Assembly (NCBI GenBank): GCA_003567725.1
Contig: PWYU01000122.1
Coordinates: 44,201-108,200 of the forward strand
Direction: 5' to 3'
Source of the DNA: Syntrophomonadaceae bacterium
GTDB taxonomy: Bacteria > Bacillota > Dethiobacteria > DTU022
Length of the DNA: 64,000 nt
A program made the position numbers and the translations under genes. Shown one piece after another: positions 28,247-38,079 of the stretch; positions within the stretch are counted from its first letter, which is position 1; each line of letters begins with the position of its first letter. The notes under the pieces are model-generated. The model was not told the origin of the DNA, did no database searches, and was given only the letters and a program-made list of their open reading frames with translations.

Positions 28247-29215
28247 ATTAACTCTAAACTAAAACAACAAAAGCTTGGTAATACAGGTATTAAAGTAACC
28301 GAATTCTGTCTTGGATTGCTGCCGGTGGGCCCGCTGCAATCAGATTTGGGAGAAGAAAGGTGTTTAGAAATTATCACCAGGGCAGCTGAGCTTGGTGTTA
28401 ACTTTTTTGATACAGCAGAAGGTTACAAGACCCAACCGTACCTGGGTAAATATCTAAAAAACAAGCGCAGCGGCATTGTGGTCGCCACAAAATCTCATGC
28501 AAAAACTGATGATGAAATGGCAGTATCTGTGGAAAAATCTCTTTTAGAGCTGCAAACCGACTATATTGATATTTATCATCTGCACAGTGTGAGGGATTGC
28601 CCTAAAGTATTTGAGGAAAGAAAAGGTGCGCTGCGTAAGCTAAATCAGCTTAAACAAGAGCAAATTATCAAGGCAGTAGGTTTGGCTACCCATAACGTTA
28701 AAGTTGTCAATGCCGCAGCTGAGCGCGACGATGTTGACATTCTTTTTGTTCTAATTAATAAGGCAGGGATGGGTATTGTGGATGGAACTACTGCTGAAAT
28801 GGTGGAAGCAATTGAAAAAGCGGCCCATGCCGGTAAAGGACTATACGTCATGAAAGCGCTGGCCGGAGGAAATCTCTTGCCCGATTACCATGAAGCTTTG
28901 TCCTGGGCCCGCCGGTTAGAAGGGATCAGTTCTGTTGCAGTGGGAGTGGTATCAATTAAAGAACTACTGCAGAATCTGAAGCACTTTGGCCTTAAAACAC
29001 CAGAAACAGAAAATGTCAGCCCAGATATCACCATAAAAGAGAAAAAGCTGCATATACTAGAAAGATTATGTACAGGCTGTGCTACCTGTGTGGAAGCTTG
29101 CCCCAATAATGCCCTCTTTCTTGAAGGGGAAAAGGCTAAGATAAACCATGAAAACTGTATTCTTTGTGGTTACTGCTCTCCGCATTGCCCGCTGTTCTTA
29201 ATCAGGATGGTCTAG
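28247..29215 (+). CDS. Aldo/keto reductase fused to a C-terminal 2x[4Fe-4S] ferredoxin domain; no canonical start codon precedes the conserved N-terminus
   Basis: The conserved AKR N-terminus KLGNTGIKVTEFCLG is encoded at 28271-28315, in frame but upstream of the first ATG/GTG/TTG (28316). A perfect SD AAGGAG (28231-28236) is followed by in-frame CTA (28244) and ATT (28247). The C-terminus has two CxxCxxCxxxCP clusters. Confidence 0.65.
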   Translation: MNSKLKQQKLGNTGIKVTEFCLGLLPVGPLQSDLGEERCLEIITRAAELGVNFFDTAEGYKTQPYLGKYLKNKRSGIVVATKSHAKTDDEMAVSVEKSLLELQTDYIDIYHLHSVRDCPKVFEERKGALRKLNQLKQEQIIKAVGLATHNVKVVNAAAERDDVDILFVLINKAGMGIVDGTTAEMVEAIEKAAHAGKGLYVMKALAGGNLLPDYHEALSWARRLEGISSVAVGVVSIKELLQNLKHFGLKTPETENVSPDITIKEKKLHILERLCTGCATCVEACPNNALFLEGEKAKINHENCILCGYCSPHCPLFLIRMV

Positions 29216-29337
29216 TTAACCCGCCTGATTTAAAAGGATGAGCCCTTTTATAACTTCGGGCTTAAAGTGGGTCAGTTTTTTCCCAGCGATTGGATCACAT
29301 TTTTCTTGGCGATTGCACTTTGGAAGAACTCCGATCT

Positions 29338-31329
29338 TTAAAGCTTCAGCCCCAGGTCACAGCCTTCGCGCACTGCTTCAGTAATTTTTTGAGGTTTTAA
29401 GGCATCACCGATTAGGTAGAGCTCCTTTACTTCGCCCTCCAGTTTATAGTAAAGGTCATTATTAGCAATTGCCCCGATGGCCAGGCCAACAGTATCTGCA
29501 GGTATCAAACTTTCTTTACCCTCTTTAACTATTACTACCCCTGAAGGGTTAACTTCTTTAACCTGGTACTGGTCCAGCACCGTGATACCCAGGCGTCGGA
29601 TACACTTAATGGTAACCCAGCGGGTGCTAATGCCAATATCGCGGCCAATCCCTTTCTCCAGTTCGAGCAGGGTTACTTCCCTGGTGCCTTTATTTAAGAG
29701 TTTTTGCAACCTTTCCGGTGTTTCAGCTTCATTTTCCAAAAGGAATTTTAAGTTTTCTGCTGAAATTGTACCCATCCTGGCAACGCTAACAGCTGTTTCA
29801 CAACCCACCGATCCACCGCCGATTACTACCACTCTTTTACCCGGGACCACGGTGCCATCAAGAATTTGCAGGGAAGAGAAAACAGGGGCTCCTTCTTTTA
29901 CCGGGAAAGGAGGTGGCGTTCCGCGCCCGCCGGTGGCTATAACTACTACATCTGCCTCTTCAGCAATAATTTCTCCGGCTGAAGCTTCCCGGTTCAAGAC
30001 AATCTCAACCCCGTAGCGGGGCAGTACGTCTTCATAGTAATCCAGGAAAGTTATAAAATCATCTTTTCCAGGCGGCATAGCCGAGTAGCTTAAATGGCCT
30101 CCCAGGCGCTCATTTTTTTCCCAGATTTTAACCCTGTGGCCTCTTTGCGCAGCCACACGGGCAGTTTCCATGCCGGCCGGGCCTCCCCCAATGATTAAGA
30201 TGTTACGTTTTGTTTCTGCTGCTGTTATTTGCAATTCAAATTCCCGTCCTGCCAGGGGGTTAACCGTGCAGTGTACATCCTGTAAGCTAAAAACCCGGTC
30301 AAAACAGCCCTGGTTACAGGCGATACAGCGCCGGATCGAACTATACTTGCCGCCTGCAGCTTTCCTGGGCAGATCGGGATCGGCAATCAGCGGCCGGCCC
30401 ATGTTAACAAGGTCAGCCATGTCCGCTTTAAGAATATATTCGGCCGTGAAGGGATCATTGATCCGGTTGCTGGCTATAACCGGAATCTGGACCGCTTCCT
30501 TGATGCCCCTGGCCAGATAGGCAAACCCACCCCGGGGCAGCTCTCCGGTGATCTGGGGTACTCTTGATTCGTGCCAGCCGCCGGTTACGTTGATGCAGCT
30601 GATCCCGGCCGCTTCTAATTCTTGAGCAAACAGTGCTGCTTCCCGGCTGGAGTTGCTACCGGGGACAAAATCATGTCCGGAAATTCTCACCATCATGGTA
30701 TAATCATTTCCAACCGCTTCTTTAACCCGGTTTACCACTTCCAATCCAAAGCGTTTGCGGTTTTCCCAGGAGCCGCCGTACTGGTCTGTGCGTTGATTTG
30801 TAAGCGGTGATAAAAACTGGCAGATCAGATATCCGGCGCTGGCCAGGATTTCCACTGCGTCAAAACCTGCTGCTTTTGCTCTCAAAGAGGCTTGGACATA
30901 ATTTTCCTGAACTGTTTCAATATCTTCTAAAGTCATTTCTTGCGGAGTTCCTTTGGTCAGGCGGGAAGGCACAGCTGAAGGAGCAATCGGTTTCTGCCCG
31001 GTCATCAAGCTGTGGGTATAACGTCCGGCATGATAAAGCTGAGCAGCTGCTGCCGCCCCATTTTCTTTTATAGTCCGAACCAGTTTACCCAACCCTTCAA
31101 TAAATTGATCATCATGCAGGCCGATCATCATCGGCCCCTGGCCGAGGGTATCTATGCTACATCCACCTACAGTAATCAGTCCTGCTCCCCCGCGAGCCCT
31201 GGTTTCGTAGTACTTAATCAGCCTTTCATTAACAAAACCCTTCGGGGTGTAGCTGTGGTGGATAGCCGGCATGGCAATGCGGTTTTTTAACTCCATTTGC
31301 CCTACGCTAATTGGTTCAAATAATTTCAT
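29338..31329 (-). CDS. NADH:flavin oxidoreductase (OYE-like TIM barrel) fused to FAD/NAD(P)-binding oxidoreductase (2,4-dienoyl-CoA/enoate reductase family)
   Basis: 663 aa. The N-terminal OYE domain includes a Cys cluster (CIACNQGC). The C-terminal half has GGGPAGME and GGGSVG dinucleotide motifs. Confidence 0.85.
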   Translation of the reverse strand: MKLFEPISVGQMELKNRIAMPAIHHSYTPKGFVNERLIKYYETRARGGAGLITVGGCSIDTLGQGPMMIGLHDDQFIEGLGKLVRTIKENGAAAAAQLYHAGRYTHSLMTGQKPIAPSAVPSRLTKGTPQEMTLEDIETVQENYVQASLRAKAAGFDAVEILASAGYLICQFLSPLTNQRTDQYGGSWENRKRFGLEVVNRVKEAVGNDYTMMVRISGHDFVPGSNSSREAALFAQELEAAGISCINVTGGWHESRVPQITGELPRGGFAYLARGIKEAVQIPVIASNRINDPFTAEYILKADMADLVNMGRPLIADPDLPRKAAGGKYSSIRRCIACNQGCFDRVFSLQDVHCTVNPLAGREFELQITAAETKRNILIIGGGPAGMETARVAAQRGHRVKIWEKNERLGGHLSYSAMPPGKDDFITFLDYYEDVLPRYGVEIVLNREASAGEIIAEEADVVVIATGGRGTPPPFPVKEGAPVFSSLQILDGTVVPGKRVVVIGGGSVGCETAVSVARMGTISAENLKFLLENEAETPERLQKLLNKGTREVTLLELEKGIGRDIGISTRWVTIKCIRRLGITVLDQYQVKEVNPSGVVIVKEGKESLIPADTVGLAIGAIANNDLYYKLEGEVKELYLIGDALKPQKITEAVREGCDLGLKL

Positions 31330-31697
31330 GACCTGATAACTCCTTTAAAATCATAATCCATAATCATTAAATGCTGCCACTTATATATTCTACACCGGTT
31401 CATAAAGTGCCTTCTTGCTAATAAAAGTAGCTGATTAATAAACAAAAGATATCCCAAGTATGAGTGAGTAAAAAGAAAAGAAAGTTGCTCTTGTAACCTC
31501 TAATGCCTCTTAATAGCTGATAATCCTCATCAAATTTATTTCATCAGAAAAAAAGTACAGACCACTGGTGGCACAAACAGCTTAAAAAATTACGATTTTG
31601 CTTTGTTTTTTGTTATGATAAGTAAAGAGGTTTGTATTAAAGATGACCGGGTGCTGCTGACTGAGTGCTATGGATACATTTTAAGGGGGGCTTAAAA

Positions 31698-31985
31698 TTG
31701 GCTACGCTTGAAGTACTTGTTTTTGGCAAACTCTATTTTTTGTTCAAGGAAAGGGGCTGGCCTACCTCCATGACTGTAGATATGCAGGCTCCTTCCCTTA
31801 CAGCTCACGATCTACGTAAAAGATTGGCTATACCTGCTAATGATGTAGAAGTTGTTTTTATAAACCGTCTGATTAAACCGCTATCGACTAAGCTTAAACC
31901 CGGGGACAGGGTCGCGTTTGTTCCTCCCGGAGCTCCCACAATTCACCGTTTTAACCTTGGCTTTTATGATGTTAAAGAAGATTAG
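31698..31985 (+). CDS. Hypothetical small protein, possibly beta-grasp (ThiS/MoaD-like) without terminal Gly-Gly
   Basis: 95 aa from a TTG with SD AAGGGGGG. The stretch …VEVVFINRL…LKPGDRVAFVPP resembles a ThiS/MoaD core, but the chain continues 18 aa past the usual GG position. Confidence 0.4.
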   Translation: MATLEVLVFGKLYFLFKERGWPTSMTVDMQAPSLTAHDLRKRLAIPANDVEVVFINRLIKPLSTKLKPGDRVAFVPPGAPTIHRFNLGFYDVKED

Positions 31986-32258
31986 GGAGCAACTTCAAAC
32001 AAGAATTATTATGATTCTCAGTCTTTTTGGAATAACATTTCAGGCCTGAAGCGAAAACTGAGGCGAGCATCAAGTGAAGTTCCGGCAGAAAATAGTTATG
32101 GAGCCGCTCCTCCTGGCTATGGCGCTGTTTTGAAAAAAGCTGTATCTCGCTGTAGTGATAGTAACTTTTTATTTTAGATAGTTCAGGCAGCAGTCTGCCA
32201 GCTGCTTGAAAGAAGCCAGTAATCAATTAATCTGAACCAAAAACCGGGGGTAGATGCT

Positions 32259-32921
32259 ATGTGTGGAAGGTTTGCTCTGGCAACTGATAAAAAAATCTTA
32301 GAGATGCTTTATGATCTGGAGTTAAGGATAGAGCTTGACCAGCGCTATAATATTGCCCCCTCTCAGGAAGTTCTGGCTTTGCGTCAATCACAAGAAAACG
32401 GTGAAAAGGAGCCGGTATACCTTAAATGGGGCTTTGTTCCCTTCTGGGCCAATGATCCTGCAATGGGTAACCGTATGATTAACGCCAGAGCTGAAACGGC
32501 ACCTGAAAAGCCATCTTTTCGCAGCGCTTTTAAAAAAAGAAGGCTGCTTATTCCAGTCAGCGGTTTTTATGAATGGAAGCAGGAAAAAGAGGGCAAACAG
32601 CCTTACTTTATCTGCCATAAAGAGGGGCAGCCATTTTCTTTAGCCGGCTTGTGGGAACGCTGGGACAAGGGAGATCAACCCCTTGAAACTTGTACTATCC
32701 TAACGACTGAACCAAATGAGCTGGTGGCACCTTTACATAACCGAATGCCGGTGATTATCCCCCGGAATAGTTACGCAAGCTGGATTGATCTGGAAACGGA
32801 AAAATCTATCCTGGTGGAAATGCTTAAGCCTTACCCGCCAGAAGAGTTCACTGCTTATCCGGTCTCGCGCAAGGTAAATAGTCCCGGTAACGATGGCCCG
32901 GAGCTTATAAAACCTTTATAA
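32259..32921 (+). CDS. SOS response-associated peptidase (SRAP/YedK, abasic-site processing protein)
   Basis: 220 aa. N-terminal MCGRF with catalytic Cys2, and the SRAP core. SD GGGGGT. Confidence 0.88.
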   Translation: MCGRFALATDKKILEMLYDLELRIELDQRYNIAPSQEVLALRQSQENGEKEPVYLKWGFVPFWANDPAMGNRMINARAETAPEKPSFRSAFKKRRLLIPVSGFYEWKQEKEGKQPYFICHKEGQPFSLAGLWERWDKGDQPLETCTILTTEPNELVAPLHNRMPVIIPRNSYASWIDLETEKSILVEMLKPYPPEEFTAYPVSRKVNSPGNDGPELIKPL

Positions 32922-33056
32922 AAAACCTGTAAAGGTAAAGGTTTAGAGCTGTTTGTTTTACCAAAAAACTGATTTTACCGGCAAATACAATAATCTTAAT
33001 ATAAAAGCCCAATTTAAAATATTTGTAGTCTGCTCCTATCTGGCATTAAAGTGAGA

Positions 33057-33923
33057 TCATTCGGCTCCGCAAAAAAGACAGGGTCCGGTGGGCCGGTGGT
33101 AGCTGTGATTGGTCCAGATCCCACAATCAAAACGGTAGCCCCGGCTGCCCAGCTCTACCGGGCACTGTTCATACATCAGGTGATAACCCTCATATGTCTG
33201 GCAGCCATCACTGGTGCGGTTGCATTCTGTGCACACAAATTTTGGGGAATATGAGCCCCTGCCGTTATTTAAAAAGCCCAGGAATTTAACTTCACCATCA
33301 CAAACAAAACAGGCCGAACCATCAAGAGAAGCAAAATCAATATCATGGTAATGGACGTCACTTTCAATTACAGAGTTATCAAAAAAACCGGCCAGATCTT
33401 CAGGATGAAGGGTTAGGCTGGGCAGGTCTACCGGCAGTATGCTGGAGATAGCCTCAATCATTAACTCCGTATTACTGATAATATGAGGGGCAAAAGTGGA
33501 TTGGTCCACATAATCAAGGACCCCTCCAAAAATGGGAAAGGCAACTAAAAGGATTAAAAGGACACCGATTACGCCCACTCCGATTAGAAAGCCGGCCCCG
33601 CCCCCGCCTATTTTATCGAGCAGCTTAATCGGGCTAAATTCAGTTGCCACAGCTACAAGGGACCCAAGGATGTGAATCAGGATGGCGGTAATTGAAAAAA
33701 GCAAAATAAAGCTAACCGAATCAGCAATGACAGCAGGCAGATTAATAATACTCAAAATCTGATTGCTTCCGTCTACGTAATAAGAGATGGCTACACCTAA
33801 TCCGACAGCAATCCCGGCGATGGAAAAAATACTTTTCACTAATCCGGCTTTAATGCCCTGGATCAGGGATATTATCAAGAATAAAGCGATGATGATGTCA
33901 AGCCAGTGCAGTTCGTAGGGCAT
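33057..33923 (-). CDS. CvpA family membrane protein with C-terminal Cys-rich domain
   Basis: 288 aa. Four TM helices form a CvpA-like N-terminus. The C-terminal soluble part has many Cys (CFVCDG…CTECN…CLFCG). Confidence 0.7.
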   Translation of the reverse strand: MPYELHWLDIIIALFLIISLIQGIKAGLVKSIFSIAGIAVGLGVAISYYVDGSNQILSIINLPAVIADSVSFILLFSITAILIHILGSLVAVATEFSPIKLLDKIGGGGAGFLIGVGVIGVLLILLVAFPIFGGVLDYVDQSTFAPHIISNTELMIEAISSILPVDLPSLTLHPEDLAGFFDNSVIESDVHYHDIDFASLDGSACFVCDGEVKFLGFLNNGRGSYSPKFVCTECNRTSDGCQTYEGYHLMYEQCPVELGSRGYRFDCGIWTNHSYHRPTGPCLFCGAE

Positions 33924-34276
33924 TATTGTACCGCCTTTGGTTTATCCAGTTTTAAAGCCATTGAATAATTACAGTGTAATGGCAGAGCACAGCTTTTAAG
34001 CCGAAATTGCTAAACCAAACCATTTTATTGCTAAATATTATCCCGGCCTTGATTTCACTGGTTGGGTTGGCATATTTATTAATCTATTATAATTTAAATC
34101 TGCCTGAATGTGTATCTTAAAGATTTTTTAAGCAGGAAAAATAAATTAAAAAGGGAATGTTTTCTTAGCTAAAAGGTAAAACGTGCTTAGCAGAATATTT
34201 AAGCTAAAAAAGCTTAGCGGCTCAAAAAACTGCCGAAAACTAACTACCGGCCTATACTTCCTGGAGGTGCCTTGAA

Positions 34277-35017
34277 ATGCCTGTCTTGATTGGTGTGACC
34301 ACAGCCTGGAGCATAGAAACCTGGGGTGAGGAAGCCGATAAGCCGGGGGGGATTTTTTATAACCCGGTTCACTACACAAATGTCCTGTATGAAAACGGGG
34401 CTTTGCCATTTTTAGTTATACCGCCGGTTGAAATAAATAAGGATGAAGATTTGCAAGCGATGGCGGAATTGACTTTAGACTCTGTCGATGCCCTTTTCAT
34501 GAGCGGAGGAGGCGGCAACCGGCGCTTCAAGGCCCCTGATATGCCTGGCTTGAAAGAGCAGCAGCCGGTTCGCTACCGTTTTGAAACCATGTTATTAAAA
34601 GAAGCCTGGAAAAGGCGGCTGCCGGTAATCGGAGCCTGCCGCGGGCATCAGATGATGATTGAAGCGCTTGGCGGAACAATTAAAAAGGAAACGGTAACCG
34701 GGCATCAGTTTGACGATTACACAAAAACCGCTCATCCGGTACACATCGCTGAGAGATCAAGGTTGGGCTCGTTAGTGGGAACAGAGGATTGGCCGGTTAA
34801 TAGTATGCACTGCCAGGTAGCTGAAACAGTGCCGGATTTTTTAAAAGTGGCAGCGCGAAGTCCCGAAGGATATATTGAAGTAATCGAAGCCATTGATTCA
34901 GTTTTTTGGATGGGTTTTCAATTTCATCCTGAAATAATGTCCGTCTTTGATCCCAAAGCAAGAAAAATCATCAAAGCTTTTGTCCAGGAAGCGCAAGCAT
35001 ATGCCAAAAGCAAATGA
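34277..35017 (+). CDS. Class I glutamine amidotransferase-like / gamma-glutamyl hydrolase (peptidase C26, PuuD-like)
   Basis: 246 aa with the GACRGHQ catalytic Cys motif and a His near the C-terminus. SD GGAGGTG. Confidence 0.78.
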   Translation: MPVLIGVTTAWSIETWGEEADKPGGIFYNPVHYTNVLYENGALPFLVIPPVEINKDEDLQAMAELTLDSVDALFMSGGGGNRRFKAPDMPGLKEQQPVRYRFETMLLKEAWKRRLPVIGACRGHQMMIEALGGTIKKETVTGHQFDDYTKTAHPVHIAERSRLGSLVGTEDWPVNSMHCQVAETVPDFLKVAARSPEGYIEVIEAIDSVFWMGFQFHPEIMSVFDPKARKIIKAFVQEAQAYAKSK

Positions 35018-35124
35018 TCTAGAAGTAATAAAAAAGAGAGGGAGAGTATTTCTCTCCCTCAATAATAATGATGAGCTGATTAATATACCGTAATCAGCAG
35101 GAGGGAACATATCACCGGAGCTGC

Positions 35125-35451
35125 CTAATCCTTAACAGGGACATCAATACCCAGAAGAGGCGGATACTGTTGACTGCCAAAGGTATCGGCGTCTCCGGGG
35201 CTACCGCTTGGTTCTTTTCTGTAAATGGTATACTTGATGGCATAGGCAGGATCAAATTCCACAAAATCAGAGATGCGATCCTCTGTAATACCATACAATT
35301 TGGCAATGTTTTCTTTACTGATTACGCCGCTATTTTTAACCAGTTCATAATTGGCTTTTTCCCGAAATATGATATCAAAAGTTATCTTATCGGTCCCTGC
35401 ATTTTTGCTGCGGATTGTCTTGGCTAAATCGGTTAATTTAACTGTTTTCAT
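35125..35451 (-). CDS. DUF4387 domain protein
   Basis: 108 aa. Immediately downstream of, and 4-nt overlapping, the AtuA-family gene, which is the canonical AtuA/DUF4387 pair. Confidence 0.68.
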   Translation of the reverse strand: MKTVKLTDLAKTIRSKNAGTDKITFDIIFREKANYELVKNSGVISKENIAKLYGITEDRISDFVEFDPAYAIKYTIYRKEPSGSPGDADTFGSQQYPPLLGIDVPVKD

Positions 35452-36830
35452 TGGGTTTTGCCCTCCTTAACCTCAATCAAGCGCACATCAAAAAGTTCCA
35501 TGGGATCATCGACACTTACTGTATGGTTAATTGTCCACTTATAGCCTGCTGTTGCAGGAAGAACCTCTTCAAATCCAAAAGCTGCCGTTCCTGCCGTTCC
35601 TTTAACTTCCGGCAGCCGGGCATAAAAGATTTGGCGAGTTCCGGTCATGGTTATTTCCTCGGCCATTTCCTTGGTTTCTGCTATTCCCTGACAAACTATA
35701 CATAGTTCATGTGATTTACTTTCTTTAATCGGTTCCAGTTCGCCCATAACTCCGTTTTTGCCATATACATTGTAATAAAGCTCATAACCTTCTTCACCGA
35801 ATCTTTCCTTGACCTGTTCTCTCGCCCAGTCTAAAACCTTATCAATGTGTTTGATGGTATAGGGGTCCCTAATACCTGCTATGCCTACAAAACGTTCTCC
35901 TACTTTTCCGGAACCCTCAAGCTTCACCTTTATTTTTCCTTCAATTGGCACAAAAACAGGCCCTGTAACGCGGCAAGTTTTCTCATCATATTGTTCATAA
36001 TGGCAGTTAGTCATATCGATCATACCACCTGCCATATATTCAAAGTATGGATTTGAGCGTTCATACATGGCGTGGCCGGCTACCGAAGCGACAGTGCAGC
36101 GCTGGTAAGGGCTCATAGCGGTCACTTTTACATCTTCAGCCGTAATTTCACCGATAACAGATTCTTTAGCCCCGTAAGGCTCGGCACAGAAAGAGGCGCA
36201 CTCCAGGGTTTTACCCATGTAATAGGATAGGCCTTCGGGGAATCCGTCTTTAATAGCAGGGGCGGCAAAGATAGCAATATCGCTGCTGCGCCCGCCTATG
36301 ATTACGTCTGCGCCCATTTCGAGGGCTTTTATGTAAGGGTGAATACCGGCTACGGCAACGATGCGGTTTGTCTGTTCCAGCTCTTCTAAAGTTAGTTCTT
36401 TACGGCCATCCAGGCCTTCTATGGCTTCCCCCTGGTCCAATTTATTCTTCAGGTATTCTTTAGGAACGTCCGAATAAAAGTAGGCCAGCTTGAAGGGGGC
36501 CATCTTATGTTTGCGGGCCAGATCTTTAATTATTTGCACGTAAAGATCTACCCGGCTCCGGGTCCCAGTGTCACCCGCCGATCCAATAATCATAGGAGCG
36601 CCCTGTTTTCTGGCTGCAACCAGCATCATTTCCAAATCGTGTTTTTGCCACTCATAAGGGCTTACCGAATAATCTCCCCCCAGGGGCCCGGGGCCGATAT
36701 CGCTGCTTCCGGAATCGCAGCAATAAAAATCAGGCCTGGTTTTAGCTCCCAGATCAAAGCTTTCCCTTTTACTGGGCGCGAAACCCAGGTGCCCGTTGGG
36801 GCAGATAAATCTCATTGATTTATTGCTCAT
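35448..36830 (-). CDS. Acyclic terpene utilisation AtuA family protein (DUF1446)
   Basis: ~461 aa from MSNKSMRF, with SD AAGGAGG 8 nt upstream. The track ORF extends 18 codons further upstream without an RBS. Confidence 0.78.
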   Translation of the reverse strand: MSNKSMRFICPNGHLGFAPSKRESFDLGAKTRPDFYCCDSGSSDIGPGPLGGDYSVSPYEWQKHDLEMMLVAARKQGAPMIIGSAGDTGTRSRVDLYVQIIKDLARKHKMAPFKLAYFYSDVPKEYLKNKLDQGEAIEGLDGRKELTLEELEQTNRIVAVAGIHPYIKALEMGADVIIGGRSSDIAIFAAPAIKDGFPEGLSYYMGKTLECASFCAEPYGAKESVIGEITAEDVKVTAMSPYQRCTVASVAGHAMYERSNPYFEYMAGGMIDMTNCHYEQYDEKTCRVTGPVFVPIEGKIKVKLEGSGKVGERFVGIAGIRDPYTIKHIDKVLDWAREQVKERFGEEGYELYYNVYGKNGVMGELEPIKESKSHELCIVCQGIAETKEMAEEITMTGTRQIFYARLPEVKGTAGTAAFGFEEVLPATAGYKWTINHTVSVDDPMELFDVRLIEVKEGKTQ

Positions 36831-37083
36831 ATTTTCCTCCTTGTATAGCATGCAGCGTCTCTGCATTAAAATCATATTCAACAAAGCAGAGCAGCATTAC
36901 TGACTAATTACCAGAAATCTTTCTGGCCTGATCTGGTTATTGTAGATGTTTTGAAAAATATATACCAACAGGTTACTACCAGTGCTTCAAGAAGTCAAGC
37001 TTACCTTTTCAACCTCTTTTTACAAAACCTGCTTCCATAATGCTTTAGAAACCCTATAATCAAGAATAACTATTATAACTTAT

Positions 37084-38079
37084 TTAATCCTGATATAAAT
37101 GACACATGACCAGCCTGCCGCTTTCAACTTCCCTTAGACCCGGGATTTCAGTTTCACAGATTTCTCCAATTTTCTCCGGGCAGCGCGGGTTAAAAGGGCA
37201 TCCGGGCGGAACATCAATGGGACTGGGCACACTGCCTTCAAGAATAATCCGTTTACGTCTGGCGCTTTTATTAACAACCGGTATGGCCGAAAGCAGGGCC
37301 CGCGAATAAGGGTGAAGCGGCTGATCAAAAAGATCTTTGGTTGAGGCCACCTCTACTATTTTGCCCAGGTACATAACGGCAATCCGGTTACTGACATAGT
37401 AAATAACGCTCAGGTCGTGGGTAATAAATAAATAGGTAAGATTATATTCCTGCTGTAGTTCTTCCAGCAAATTAATAATTTGAGCCTGCACAGAAACATC
37501 AAGCGCAGACACCGGTTCATCGCAGACAATTAACGAAGGTTTCATGGCCAGGGCCCGGGCAATTCCAACACGCTGTCTTTGGCCGCCGCTGAACTGGTGG
37601 GGGTAGTTGTTGATATGATGCCCTGAAAGTCCCACCCGATTGAGTAAATCAAGGATATTTTCTTCCCGTTCAATCGGGCTTTGCATTCCTTTATGGGCCA
37701 GAGGCACCGCTATGATGTCCCGCACGGTTTTACGGGGGTTCAATGAAGAATACGGGTTTTGAAATATTATTTGTGCCTCTTCCCGGAATTTCAATAATTT
37801 GTTTTTATTGTAGGCGAGGATGTTTTCTCCTCTAAAGTTGACTTTTCCCTCAGTGGGGGAAATGATATTCAAGATCGCTCGGCCCAGGGTTGATTTGCCG
37901 CAGCCGCTTTCTCCGACCAGGCCGAGAGTTTCTCCTTCATTAATGCTTAAATCCACCCCGTCTACAGCCCGCACCAGCAGATCCTTTTGGCCTCCGATTG
38001 TCTTGGCTATGATGGAGCGTTTAATAGGAAAATATTTTTTTAACCCTGAAGATTCAAGGAGCGGATGATTGTTATTCAT
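37084..38079 (-). CDS. oppF: Oligopeptide/dipeptide ABC transporter ATP-binding protein (OppF/DppF type)
   Basis: 331 aa with Walker [10 protein letters not shown], the LSGGQ signature and the C-terminal oligopeptide-ABC extension. The start overlaps the oppD stop by 8 nt. Confidence 0.9.
   Translation of the reverse strand: MNNNHPLLESSGLKKYFPIKRSIIAKTIGGQKDLLVRAVDGVDLSINEGETLGLVGESGCGKSTLGRAILNIISPTEGKVNFRGENILAYNKNKLLKFREEAQIIFQNPYSSLNPRKTVRDIIAVPLAHKGMQSPIEREENILDLLNRVGLSGHHINNYPHQFSGGQRQRVGIARALAMKPSLIVCDEPVSALDVSVQAQIINLLEELQQEYNLTYLFITHDLSVIYYVSNRIAVMYLGKIVEVASTKDLFDQPLHPYSRALLSAIPVVNKSARRKRIILEGSVPSPIDVPPGCPFNPRCPEKIGEICETEIPGLREVESGRLVMCHLYQD

Noticed and set aside
29477-31290. Several plus-strand ORFs (29477-30016, 30170-30520, 30622-30810, 30807-31073, 31012-31290) inside the OYE-family gene region.
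   Set aside because: All are antisense to a 663-aa CDS with strong domain evidence. These are typical GC-rich antisense frames.
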